Positions 1-13,400 of a stretch of DNA of 64,000 nt are shown here, in pieces. The notes beneath the pieces were generated by a model, which did no database searches, was not told where the DNA came from, and saw only the letters and a list, made by a program, of their open reading frames with translations. Position numbers and translations under genes: made by a program. The stretch is from assembly GCF_009914755.1 (NCBI RefSeq), contig NC_060931.1, one strand, 5' to 3'. This stretch comes from the human T2T-CHM13v2.0 reference genome, Homo sapiens. Within the stretch, counting starts at the first letter, position 1. Every line of letters begins with the position of its first letter.

Positions 1-1146
1 AAAGTTATCAAACACTACTTAAGGAAATCATAGACAGGACAAACAAATGGAAACACATCCTATGCTCATGGATAGGTAGAATAAATATTATGAAAATGAC
101 CATACTGCCAAAACCAATCTAAGAATTCAATGCAATACTCATCAACATACCACCATCATTCTTCACAGAACTAGAAAAAACAATCCTAAAATTCATATGG
201 AACCAAAAAAGAGCCCCACGTAGACAAAGCAAGACTAAGCAAAAAGAACAAATCTGAAGGCATCACATTACCCAAATTTAAACTACACTATAATGTTGTA
301 GTTACCAAAAAAAAAAAAAAGAATGGTACTTGTATAAAAATAGGCACATAGACCAATGGAAAATATCATAGAGAATTGAGAAATAAAGTCAAATACTTAC
401 AGCCAGCTGCTCTTTGACAAAGCAAACAAAAACATAAAATGGAGAAAGGACACTATTCAACAAATGGTGCTGGGATAATTGGCAAGCCACAAATAGAAGA
501 ATGAAACTGGATCCTCATCTCTCAATTTACACAAAGATCAACTCAGCATGGATCAAAGACTTAAATCTAAGACCTGAAACATTTTCCAATGTTAGAAGAT
601 AACATTGGAAGATAACATTGGAAAAACCCTTCTAGACACTGGCTTAGGCAAAGACTTTATGACCCATAACCCAAAAGCAAATGCAACAAAAACAAAGATA
701 AATAGATGGGACCTAATTAAACTCAGAGGCTTCTGCACAGCAATAGAAATAATCAGCCAACTAAAAAGACAACCCACAGAGTGGGAGAAAACCTTCACAA
801 TCTATATATCTAACAAAGGACTGTTATCCGGAATCTACAAAGAATTCAAGCAAATCAACAAGAAAAAAAATCCCATCAAAAAGTGGGTTAAAGACATGAA
901 TAGAAAATTCTGAAAATAATATGTACGAATGGCAAACAAACATACGGAAAAGTGCTCAACATCGCTAATTATCAGGGAAATGCAAATCAAAACCACAATG
1001 CGATACCACCTTACCAATGCAATACCAAGAATGGCCATAATCGAAAAATTAAAAAAAAAAAAACTAGATGTAGTCACCACTCACTAAATAACATATCCAT
1101 GTAACAAAACACCACCTGTTCCCCAAAAGCCTACTGAAATAAAACT
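1..1146 (+). mobile_element. LINE-1 (L1PB-like) ORF2 3' part joined to its 3' terminus; continues upstream of the window
   Basis: ORF 605..913 ([18 protein letters not shown]...[16 protein letters not shown]...EWEKTF) is ORF2p C-terminal homology; L1PB-type end tatccatgtaacaaaacaccacctgttcccc...gaaataaaa at ~1094-1144; stops and frameshifts throughout. Confidence 0.9.
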
Positions 1147-1174
1147 AGTTTAAAAAATTTAATTAAACTTAATT

Positions 1175-2110
1175 TGAAAAATACAAATGGCAAACAGGCA
1201 TATGAAAATATGCTCAACATCATTGATCATCAGATAAATGCAAATCAAAACTACAATACAGTGTCATCTCACCTCAGTTAAAATGGCTTTTATTCAATAA
1301 CAAATGCAGTAATGTGGAGAAAAGGAAACCCTCATACACTGTTGGAGGAAATGTAAATTGATACAATTACTATGGAGAACACTTGAAGGTCCATCAAAAA
1401 AGTAAAAGTAGAGTCACCATACAATCCAGCAATCTCACTGCTGGGTATATGCTCATAAGAATGGAAATCAGTATATCGAAGAGATATCTGCACTGCCATG
1501 TTTATTGCAGGAGTGTTCATAATAGCTAAGATTTGGAAGTAACCTAGGTGTCCATCAACAGATGAATGGATAGGGAAAATGCTCTACTTATGCACAAGTA
1601 CTATTCAGTCATCAAATAGAATAATATCCTCTCATGTGCAACAATATGGATGGAATTGGAGATAATTACGTTAAATGAAATAAGCCAGGAACAGAGAGAG
1701 AAACTTTTCATGTTCTCACATACTTGGGGGATCTAGAAATTAGAACAATTGAACTTACGAAGATAGAGAATAGAAGGAGGGTTATCAAAGACTGGGAAGA
1801 GTAGTGGAAGGGAAGTTGTGAAGATGGTGAATGGATATAAAAAAAGAATTAGAAAGAATGAATAAGATCTAGCATCTGATAGCATAACACGGTGACTGTA
1901 GTCAAAATTATTTAATTGTACATTTTAAAATAACCAAAAATGTATAATTGGATTGTTTGTAAAACAAAAGAAAAATGCTTGAGACTATAGACACTCCATT
2001 TTTCATGATGTAATTATTGTACTTTTCTGCATGTATAAAAATATCTCATGTACTCCATAAATGTATACATCTACCATGTACTCACAAAAATTAAAAATAA
2101 AAATAAAAAG
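1175..2110 (+). mobile_element. LINE-1 L1MA1-3-like ORF2 end, 3'UTR and A-rich tail
   Basis: ggtgactgtagtcaaaattatttaattgtacattttaaaataacc...ctcacaaaaattaaaaataaaaataaaaa matches the L1MA1-3 3'UTR as recalled. Confidence 0.88.
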
Positions 2111-2113
2111 TTT

Positions 2114-5100
2114 GAGGTCTCTGGCGAGATAGCCGATAAGACACAGACAAGTGGAACAGCGCTCACAAAGAGACAAGATGACTGCTGATCTTTTAACAGA
2201 TCTTCAGAGGTAAGGCACGGAGAGTAGACTAAAGGAAGACACAGAAGCTGGGCTGAAGTGGGAGAAAACTGGCAACCCAGCACTGGGCTACCACACACAG
2301 GGACTTATTTTTGAACCAAAACATCTCTGAGGTAATGGGTGATTTGAACTGTCAAGGAACAACCTGCTGTCATCATGGGCCTTTGGAACCCCAACAGCAG
2401 GAGACCCCTCTACCACCACGGACACTAGAAGATGTAGGGAGAGCTGCTTACAGAAGTGGTGTGGGCAGGAAACCAGCTTATGTGGAGCCCAGAAGGCTTG
2501 GGGTGTGGGAGCATCTCTAACAGAGCATGGCCAGGGATGCCCATTCTCCCTAGGTTCAACTTGCTCTCATATGAGATTTTAGCCCCAGGGAAACTGTTAG
2601 ACCTAATCTCTGCAGGTTGGTCTTGCCTATCAGATGGAGCTAGTTTGACCTGAGCACCCCGTGGTCGGCTGGCCTCTCCCTGAACCCCATCCTGGCCACA
2701 CCTGCTTGCAGGGCAGCCCTGGGGACTGTGCCAGAGCTTCCATGCTGGTGGGCCATGCCTGAGCAGTGGAAAGTTCCAGGCAGCCAGTCCCTGTGACCAC
2801 GCACCAGTCCGCATGCTGACTCCCAATACTGCAGCTTCCCCTTGGCCCATGGCAACTCCCCACATCACTTTGCTGTTGCACGGGAGGGCTTTGCTTTGCT
2901 TGTCTTGTCAGCACACAGGAGTGCAGTTTGCCCCCATTTCCCCACTGACCACCATTGCAGAAGTAGCTTTGGTGGGCACAGAGCCAAAAAGCCCAGCCTC
3001 CACCAGTGCCCTTGCACTAACCCTGCATAGAGAACAGCAAATCCTCCCACACACTGAGCGATCACTCTTGCTTGCAGGGTACAGAGAAGGCACCCAGACC
3101 TGCATATCTATGGAACTCTCCACTCCAAAACAACAGAATATACATTCTTCTCATCACCACAAGGCACTTATCTAAAATAAATTACATAATTGGAAGAAAA
3201 ACACTCCTCAGCAAATGCAAAATAACTGAAATCATAGTCTCTCCAAGCACAGCACAATCAAATTAGAAATCAAGACTAAGAAATTCACTCAAAACCATGC
3301 GATTACATGGAAACTGAATAATCTGCTCCTGAATGACTTTTGAGTAAATATTAAAATTAAAGTAGAAATCAAGAAGGTCTTTAAAACTAATGAGAACAAA
3401 GATAAAACATGCCAGAATCTCTGGGACACAGCTAAGGCAGTGTTAAGAGGGAAATTTATAGCACTAAACGCCCACATGAAAAAGTTAGAAAGATCTCAAG
3501 TTAACAACCTAACATCACAACTGAATGAACTAGAGAACCAAGATCAAACAAATCCCTAAGCTAGCAGAAGACAAGAACAAAACAAAATCAGAGCTGAACT
3601 GAACTGAACAAGATTGAAATACAAAAATCATTTAAAAAAATCAACAAATCCGGGAGCTGGATTTTTGAAAAACTTAATAAAATAGATAAACCACTAGCTA
3701 GACTAATAAAGAAGAAAAGAGAGAAGATTCAAATAAACATCAGAAACAACAAGGGGGATATTACCACAGACCCCACAGAAATACAAACAACCATCAGAGA
3801 ATATTATAAATATCTCTATGCATGTAAACTAGAAAATCTAGAAAAAAATGGATAAATTCATGGACACATACACCCACCTGAGACTGAATCAGGAAAAAAA
3901 TAAATTCCTGAACAGACAAATAATGAGCTCTGAAACTGAGGCAGTAATAAAATGCCTACCAGCCAAAAAAAATTTTTTTTTTAAATTAAAAAGCCCAGGA
4001 GTAGGTGGATTCACAGCTGAATTCCACCAGATATGCAAAGAAGAGCTTGTACCATTTCTATTGAAACTATTCCAAAAATTTGAGGAGAAAGAACTCCTCA
4101 CTAACTCATTCTATGAGGCCAGCATCATCCTGAAACCAAAACCTGACAGAGATACAACAAAAGGAAAAAAAAAACAAAACTGCAAGCCAATATCCTTAAT
4201 CAACATGAAAAAAAAAAATTCCACAACAAAATACTGGAAAATTGAATCCAGCAGCACATTAAAAAACTTATCTACTATAATCAAGTAGGCTTTATCCTGA
4301 GATGCAAGGTTGTTTCAACATACACTAATCAATAAATGTGGTACATCATATAAACAGAACTAAAGACAACACATGATTATCTCAATAGATGCAGAAAATG
4401 GTTTGAAAATGCAGCACCCCTTCATGATAAAAACACTCCATAAACCAGGTATTGAAGGAGCATACCTCAAAATAATAAGAGGCATATATGACAGTCACTG
4501 CCAACATCATATTGGATGGGCAAAACCTGGAAGCATTCCCCTTGAAAACTGGCACAAGAGAAGGATGTCCTCTCTCACCATTCCTATTCAATAGAGCATT
4601 GAAGTCCTGGCCAGAGCAATTAGGCAAGAGAAAGAAATAAAGGGCATCCAAATAAGAAGAGAGGAAGTCAAACTATCTCTGTTTGCAGATGACATGGTTC
4701 TTTATCTAAAAAACCTAATAGTCTCAGCCCAAAAGCTTTCAAGCTGTTAAACAACTTCAGCAAAGTCTCAGGAAAAACAATCAATGTGCAAAAATCACTA
4801 GCATACCTATACATCAACAGTCAAGCCGAGAGCCAAATCAGGAAAGTAATCTCATTCATAATTGCCACAAAGAGAATAAAATACTTAAAAATACAGCTAA
4901 CAAGAGAAGTGAAAGATCTCTACAAGGAGAATTACAAACTACTACTGAAAGAAATCAGAGATGACGCAAACAAATGAAAAAACATTTTATGCTCATGGAT
5001 AGGAAAAAGCAGTATCATTAAAATGACCATATTGCCCAAAGCAATCGACAGATTCAGTGCTATTTCTATTAAACTACCATTGAGATTCTTCATAGAATTA

Positions 5101-5976
5101 GAAAGAAGTGTTTTAAAATTTAGGTGGAATCAGAAGAGAGTTCAAATAGCCAAGGCAATCCTAAGCAAAAAAACAAAGCTAGAGGCAACATGCTACCCGA
5201 CTTCAAGCTATACTACAGGGCTACAGTAACCAAAACAGCAGGTTACTGGTACAAAAACAGACATAGACCAATAGAACAGAACGCAGAACCCCTAAATAAG
5301 TCCACACACCTACAACTGTCTGATCTTCGACAAAACTGACAAAAACAAGCAATTGGGAAAGGATTCCCTATTCAGTAAATGGTGCTGAAATAACTGGCTA
5401 GAAATATGCAGAAGATTCAAACTGGAACCCTTCCTTACACCATGTACAAAAATTAATTCAAAATAGATTAAAGACTTAAATGCAAAACCCAAAACTATAA
5501 AAACCCTGGAAATAACCTAGGCAATATCATTCACGAAATAGGCATGAGCAAAGATTTCACGATGAAGATTGCAAAAGCAATTGTAACAAAAGCAAAAATT
5601 GACAAATGGGATCTAATTATACTAAAGAGCTTCTGCACTGAAAAGGAAACTTCCAACAGAGTTAGCAGGTGACCTACAGAATGGGACACAAATTTTGCAA
5701 ATTTTGCTTCCCTAAGGTCTAATATTTAGCACCTATACAGAACTTAAACAAATTTACAAGAACAAAAGCAATCCCATCAAAAAGAGGGCAGAGGACATGA
5801 ACAGGCATTTCTCAAAAGGAGACATACATGCAGCCAAGAATCATATGACAAAAGCTCAATATCACTGATCATTAGAGAAAATGCAAATCAAAATCACAGT
5901 GTGATACCATCTCACACAAGGCAAAATGGCTATTATTAAAAAGTCAGAAAATAACAGATGTTGGCAAGGTTGTGGA
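2114..5976 (+). mobile_element. LINE-1 (L1PA13-16/L1PREC2-like): ~1 kb GC-rich 5'UTR fused to decayed ORF2; ORF1 absent; 3'-truncated
   Basis: GC-rich L1 5'UTR 2114-~3100; ORF2 homology in ORFs 3848..4288, 4373..4594, 4786..4977, 5023..5229; RT motif FADDM (tttgcagatgacatg) at 4682-4696; similarity stops at ~5976 with no 3'UTR. Confidence 0.88.
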
Positions 5977-6363
5977 TAACCAACACATAATAAGAGAAAC
6001 AAGAGTATTTTTATTTGTAAAATAAATAATTTTAGTAAAAGAAAAAAGTTTGCATAGTACATGTATTATTTTTCTATGAAATATAAATAATAAATACAAT
6101 GAAGTTGCTAAGTTTCCAAATATCTTGAGATTTTAAAACTATATTTATTTTACTGATTTTTGGCTTAATTCTGCAGTATTCAGAGCACTTATATAATTTT
6201 GCTCATGTTATTCAAGTTTGTTTCATAGCCAAGAATATGATCAATTTTGGCAAATGTTCCACATGTACATACTCTTAAGTGCACATTGGTGGGTATGGTT
6301 ACTGTTAGTTGGTATTGTATATAAAGACAGGTTAATTAATGATGTTGTTCAGATCTAGCATAC

Positions 6364-6574
6364 CAGGAGTTAGCAAAGATTTTTTGAAGGACTAGATATT
6401 AAGTATTTTGATCCCATAGATCATATTGTCTTTATCACAACTACTCAGCTCTGCTGTGGTGATGTGAAAGCCATCATAGACAATATGTGAATGAATAGAT
6501 GCATCTGTGATTCTGTAAAACTTTATTTACAAAATCCAGTAGTTGCTCCATAGATCATAGGCTACTGAGCCCTG
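6364..6574. mobile_element. MER58A (hAT-Charlie MITE)
   Basis: cagg...ccctg termini; internal caactactcagctctgc...aaaactttatttacaaaa typical of MER58A. Confidence 0.85.
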
Positions 6575-6800
6575 GTTTCAGACCCTTCTGGTGGCTGATT
6601 TACTTGTTCTATTGATTACTGTATGGGGCATTGACATCCCCATCTATAACTGTGGATTTGTATTTCTTTTTTCAGTTCCATTAATGTTTGCCTTGTGATT
6701 TTTAAAGCTCTGCTCTTATGAGCATACACATTTTTGGATTATTATGTCTTCTTCCTGAATTGATGTTATCATTATGTAATATCATTCTTTTATCTTTGAA

Positions 6801-7094
<294 letters not shown>

Positions 7095-8260
7095 AGAATT
7101 GTTCATTTTTTAAGTCTACTTTGTCAGCAAATATAGAAAGTTAAACTTTATTTTCATCAGTATCTTTATGTCATATATTTTTCCATCTTTCTGCTTTAAA
7201 TTTACTTCATACTTCTCAAACACTTGAGATTTTGCATATGCTAATGCCTCCCCTTCTTTCTGTAGCATATCTCAGTTTATCACAGATGACAATCCTAGCA
7301 ATTGCTATGCTAATGGATTCCAGGGACTATCAATCATACACCCACCATCAGTGATGAGAACCCGTAATTCAGTCAATGATTGACTGTCCCCATACAAAAT
7401 TCCAGAGCAAGAAAAATCTGTGGGAACACATGGATTTGTAAGTAAAGGCAACTCCCATTAAACTAAGGGGAAGTGTCCAGAAAAGGGGAATGTTGTAAGC
7501 TTTTAGCAGTCTATGTTTGTGGCAGCTGGAGGAAGGATGTCCTGGTTTGTTAAAGGAAATCTGAGGTGAATGCAATGGCCTCTGCTATAAAGGGAAAGCA
7601 CAGTGCTTTGCACAAAACCAGATTAACTCAATATCATCTGAATGATTGTTAGCCTTTTCTACTTCCCTAAGACTTTGTTCACTAATACCGACATCATGTC
7701 CTTTTGTATATGAAACAAAAATTCCTTATTTCTCCATTTAATGATCACATTTCACATTGAATATCCTACAAATAAAATGAATTTCTCCTAACACACTTGT
7801 CAAATACATTGAACATGTTTTTTGTGCATATGGCTTTGCCCTTTGGTTGATAGTCCTTCCTTACATGATTTTTAGTATTTTTTGGGGGGAATTTTACATA
7901 TGAGCTCACTCCAGTTTTAGTAGACAGTAAAATACACATTCAGAAGCCTTTCCTTTACATACAAATTTACAATGAAATTTCTCTCTTATGTTCAGCAATA
8001 ATTCTACCAGTAGTATTCATTTAGACCTTATGTAATGGTGTGCATTACTACTTACCCATTTTGGGGTATATTTTATCCATGCAATCAGACTAAGTTGCTT
8101 GAAACAATGGGACTATAAAGTATGCCTGTTTTTATTCTTCTCAAAATTAAAGAAAAGTGTTTCATCTAAGAGGGCATTGTGTAACAGTCTCAAAGAGAGA
8201 AGCCAAATCTATTTAAGTTGTGCCCCCATCATACTGCATAGTCCCTGGCATATAGAAAAC

Positions 8261-8707
8261 TTCACAGTAGCAAAGACTTGGAACCAACCCAAATTTCCAT
8301 CAATAATAGACTGGATAAAGACAATGTGGCACATATACACCATGGAATACTATGCAGCCATAAAAAAGGATGAGTTCATGTCCTTTGCAGGGACATGGAT
8401 GAAGCTGGAAACCATCATTCTCAGCAAAATATCACAAGGACAGAAAATCAAACACTGCACGTTCTCAGTCATAAGTGGGAGTGGAACAATGAGAACACAT
8501 GGACACCAGGAGAGGAACATCACACACTGGGGCTTTGGGGGGTGGAGGGCTGGGGGAGGGATAGCATTAGGAGAAATACCTAATGTAAATGATAAGTTGA
8601 TGGGTGCAGCAAACCAACATGTGACATGTATACCTATGTAACAAACCTGCACGTTGTGCACACATGTACCCTAGAACTTGAAGTATAATAAAAAAAAGAA
8701 AAATAAA
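8261..8707 (+). mobile_element. 5'-truncated L1PA7-like 3' end
   Basis: AKTWNQPK...MEYYAAIKKDEFMSFAGTWMKLETIILSK in ORF 8099..8641; G-rich 3'UTR, ctagaacttgaagtataataaaaaaa tail. Confidence 0.93.
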
Positions 8708-10484
8708 TTAAGACAATTTATTTCTTCTGGTTAAGCGCATATCCTGGCATGTCTGTCTGTTTGTTTGTTTGTTTATGGGTGCTTATACAAAACCACAAAT
8801 CTAATAACTTGATTTTAAAAAAATGGGAATATTCTCTGAAATGGCAGTTTTTTTTCTAAATTGCATTAATCTGTTTTTAATTACTATGTGAAAAGTGGTT
8901 AGTTTATTCCATTTATAACCCACATAGTGATGAACATTCTTGAATTTATTTCTCAATTTCTTAAAACCACAGACCTACAGATGAGTTTGAATCAGATCCA
9001 AAATGTATGGTTACTTAAAACACATGGGGACAGGCTGCAGATTGGAGGGAATTCTATAAGCACAGGCACATGACAGCTAGAAATTAGGAAAACAATTTGA
9101 ATGGAAAGAATTGAGCCATATCTTTGTTAGAACTAAATTTACTGACTTGTTTATGAAATAACAATTGAGGTAAGTTTCTTAAGAAAATACTGGTGAATGT
9201 AAACCAGTTTCATTTATTTATTTTGTGTACATATTTACAAGCCCTTAGGATTCTACATTATAGTCAGAATAATGTGTGTTTTTGTAAGGCTATACAAGAG
9301 TAAAAGAAACTGAGCTAGTATTGCCAACATAGCCGAAAGAGGAAGTATCTAAAATCTAACGAGAATATCCTTCCATTTCTGAGAAGTATTGCAGAACCGT
9401 TTTGCAAACCTAGGAGATTTGTACAACCTAAGAAAAACAAATATTTGAGTGCTTATTCAGACTGACTCTGTCAAAATGTGCCCATTATTAAAAGACAAAT
9501 TTTCTCTGGTGGGCTAGATAATTTCTCTTTTTGACAAATGAATTACCACAAGGGAAGCCTGTCAACTCTATTATATGTCCCTCTTTCTCTTTTATTTGAC
9601 TTCTAGTCATTTCAAAGCCATTTTCATTTGGTCTCTACTACTTTGACATTGACGTTTTTCTCATTTTTCCCCTCATCTTAGTTATTTGATTACCTCCTTA
9701 GATACCTTTTAAATTGCCCTTTCATTTTGTTCTCCTCTTTTGTATATTCCTCTTCCGTATAGAAATATACTTCAACCATTTTCCTCAAAGCTGTGGTCAC
9801 ATTTTATTACAATGCAGTAAAATTATACTACAAGCTCAGTGCAAATATGCTTCAGTATTTTGTACATGCTATTCTTTTTTGAATAAAATATGCTCATTGT
9901 CCCCCTTCTATCACATGCCGTAAACAATTCATGCTGTATCCTATTCAACCTGTGGCAAAACACTCATTTGTCAATAGTCGGCTTGGCTATCATTACTCTT
10001 GAAATATCAACATTTGGTCTGGTTTTTCAGAAAGAAACAATGGAAGAGTATTTGGCCCTTGATTGAAGCTAGCACTAGGGTTTTCAGGAATAAGAATCTA
10101 TGAGTCTTCAGTCTCATATCACAAATATTGTGACATCTCACTGAATATGTCTTCTTTCTTCTGACATGTCAGCAATTGTTAACATTCTTCTCTACCTTTA
10201 GTTTAAATTCCCAGAAAAGAGCATCTTATGATCTGAGTGAATTACTCACTTCTGCTAAGCCAAACTCCTTCATGTCTGACCATATCTTTGCATTTTGACT
10301 TGCCTAGGGTTGAGTTATCTTGGATTACATGTCTGCTACTGGTCCAGTCATTGGTGGCATATAACATGGCTAACCAGTGGATAAGGGCTGTGACCTGGCA
10401 GTGCTCCTCATTCAAGCATGTGAGCAAGGAGATTGCAGTCACTGACTGACATCTCATTTTCAAATTATTTTTTTGTAGCACAAT

Positions 10485-13400
10485 CTATTTAATTTTTACT
10501 TTTTAATTTTTGTGGATACATAGTAGGTCTATACATTTATGAGTTACATGAGATATATTGATACAGGTATGCAATGCTTAATAATCACATTAGGGTAAAT
10601 GGGGTATCCACCACCTCAAGCATTTATCCTTTGTAACACAAACAATCCAATTATACCCTTGTAGTTATTTTACAATGTACAATTAAATTATTTTTGACTG
10701 TAGTCACCTGTTGTTCTAGGAAATACTAGGTTTTAATCTTTCTTTCTATTTGTTGTACCCATTAACCATCCCCATATCCCTCTCACCACCCACATACTCT
10801 TCCCATCATTCTGTGAGTTGTCTGTTCACTTTTTAATTGTATTTCTTTCACTGTACAGAAGCTTTTTAACTTGACATGATCCCATTTGTTTATTTTTGCT
10901 TTGGCTGCCTGGGCTTGTGGGGTATTTCTCAATAAATCTATGAGTTTTAATTGTTTTAAAACAATTAAATTAGATTGTTTTAATTTTTAGCTTCCCAAAA
11001 TAAGTGAGTACACATGATGTTTGTCTTTCTGTGCCTGGCTTATTTCACTTAACATAATAAGCTCCATTTCCATCCATGTTACTGCAAATGGCTGAATCTC
11101 ATTTTTTTTTTTTTTTTTTAGTGGCCGAATAGTATTCCATTATGTGTAAGTACCATATTTTCTTTATACATTCATCTGTTGATGGACACTTAGGTTACTT
11201 CAAAATATTGGCTATTATGACTAGTGCTGCAGTAAACATGGGAGGATTGCAGATATCTATTTGATATACTGATTTTTTTTTTCTTTTAGGTATATAACTA
11301 GCCATGGGGTTGTAAGATAATATGGTAGCTCTATTTTTAGTTTTTTGAGGAATCTTCAAATTGTTCTCCACAGTGGCTTACTATTAATAATTTACATTTC
11401 CACCAACAGCGTACGAGAGTTCTCTTTTCTCCACATCCTAGCCAGCATTTGTTACTGCCAATTTCTGGATAAACACCATTTTAACCAGGGTGAGATGATA
11501 GCTCATTGTAATTTTGATTTGCATTTCTCTGATCATCAATGATGTTGTGACCTTTTCGTATACTTGTTTGCCATTTGTGTGTATGTCTTCTTTTGAGACA
11601 TGTCTGTTAAAATCTTTTGCCCATGTTTTCATCATTTTATTCAATTTTTTCCTATAGGTGGTTTGAAATCCTTATATATTCTAGTTATTAATATCCTGTC
11701 AGGTAGGTAGTTTTCAGACATTTTATCCCATTCTCTAGGTTGCCTCTTCGTTGATTGTTTCTTTTGTTATGCAGAATTGTTTTAACCTGATACTATTCCA
11801 CTAGCTCATTTTTGCTTTCATTGCTCGTGCTTATTGGGTATTACTCAAAAATCTTAAGCCAAGATTTTTGGCCTAGTCCAATGTCCTGGAGAGGTTTTCT
11901 AATGTTTCTTTGTAGTTATTTCTTAGCTTGAGGTCTTAGATTTACGGCTTTAATCCACTTTGAATTGATTTTCGTAAATGGTGAGAGGTAAGTGACTACT
12001 TTCATTGTTTTGCATATAGATACTCAATTTTCCCAGAACCATTTATTGAAAAACTTTCTTTTTCCCAATGTATATTATTGGCATCTTTGTCAAAAATGAG
12101 TCCACTGTAGATGTGTGGATTTATTTCTGGGTTCTCTATTCTATTCCATTGGTAGATATGTCTGTTTTTATGCCAGTACCATGCTGTTTTGGTTACTGTG
12201 GCTCTGAAGTACAATCTGAAGTCAGGTAATGTGATTTTTCCAGTTTTATTCTTTTTGCTTAGGATAGCTTTGGCTATTCTGGGTCTTTTCTGTTTCCATT
12301 TAAATTTTATATATTTTTTCTATTTCTGACATTGATATTTTGAGAGGGAGTGCATTAAGTCTGCAAATTGCTTTGGGAAATATGGACGTTTTAACAATAT
12401 TGATTCTTCTGACTCATGAACATGGAATATTTTTCATTTCCTTGTGTTTCTTCAATTTTTTCATCAATGTTTTATAATTTTCATTTATAATTTTCACAAA
12501 GAAGATCTTATACTTCTTTGACTAAGTTAATTATAGGTATTTTATTTGTAGCTGTTATAAATTAGATAAATTTCTTATTTTTTTCAAATTATTTGCTCTT
12601 GGTATATAGAATTGCTATTGATTTTTATATGCTGATTTTTTTATCCTGAAACTTTACTGAATTTATTTATCAATTCTAATAGTTTTTATATGGAAAATTT
12701 AGGTTTTTCCAAATATAAGATTATACCATCTGCAAACAAGGATCCCTTAATTTCTTCTTTTCCAAATTAGATGCCCTTTATTTCTTTCTCTTGCCTCATG
12801 CTCTAGCTAGGACTTCCAACTCCATCTTGAATAACAATGGAGAAAGTGGACATCCTGCTTGTCCTCCTGATCTTGGAGAAAAGGCTTTCAGTTTTTTCCC
12901 ATTCAGTGTGATACTAGTTGTGAGTCTGCCGTATGCGGCTTCCATTATGCTGAGACATGTTCTTTCCATACCCAGTTTTTTGAGGGTTTTATCAAGAGGG
13001 GATGTTGAATTTTACCAAATGCTTTTTCAGCATCAATTAGCCTTGCATCCCTAGGAAAAATCCCACTTGGTCACGACAAATGACTTTTTAATTTGTTGTT
13101 AAATTCTGCTTACTATTATTTTGCTGAGGGTTTAGGCATTAATATTCTTCAGAGTTACTGGCCTGTAGTATTATTTTTTTGAAGTGTCTTTCATTTTGGT
13201 ATCAGAGTAATATTGGCCTCATAGAATGAGTTTGGAAGTATTTCCTTCTCTATTTTTTGGAATAGTTTTGGTAAGATTGATATTAGTTCTTTAAATGTTT
13301 GGGAGAATTAAGCAATGAAGCCAATGGGTCACAGGCTTCTCTTTGCTGGGAGACTCTTTATTACAGCTTCTATCTTGTTACTTGTTATCAGTCTGTTTAG

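Noticed and set aside
2071-3175. Dense cluster of ORFs on both strands
   Set aside because: GC-rich L1 5'UTR has few stop codons; no protein homology recognised.
8099-8641. 180-aa ORF
   Set aside because: Chance read-through from flank (non-ATG start) into an L1PA 3' end.
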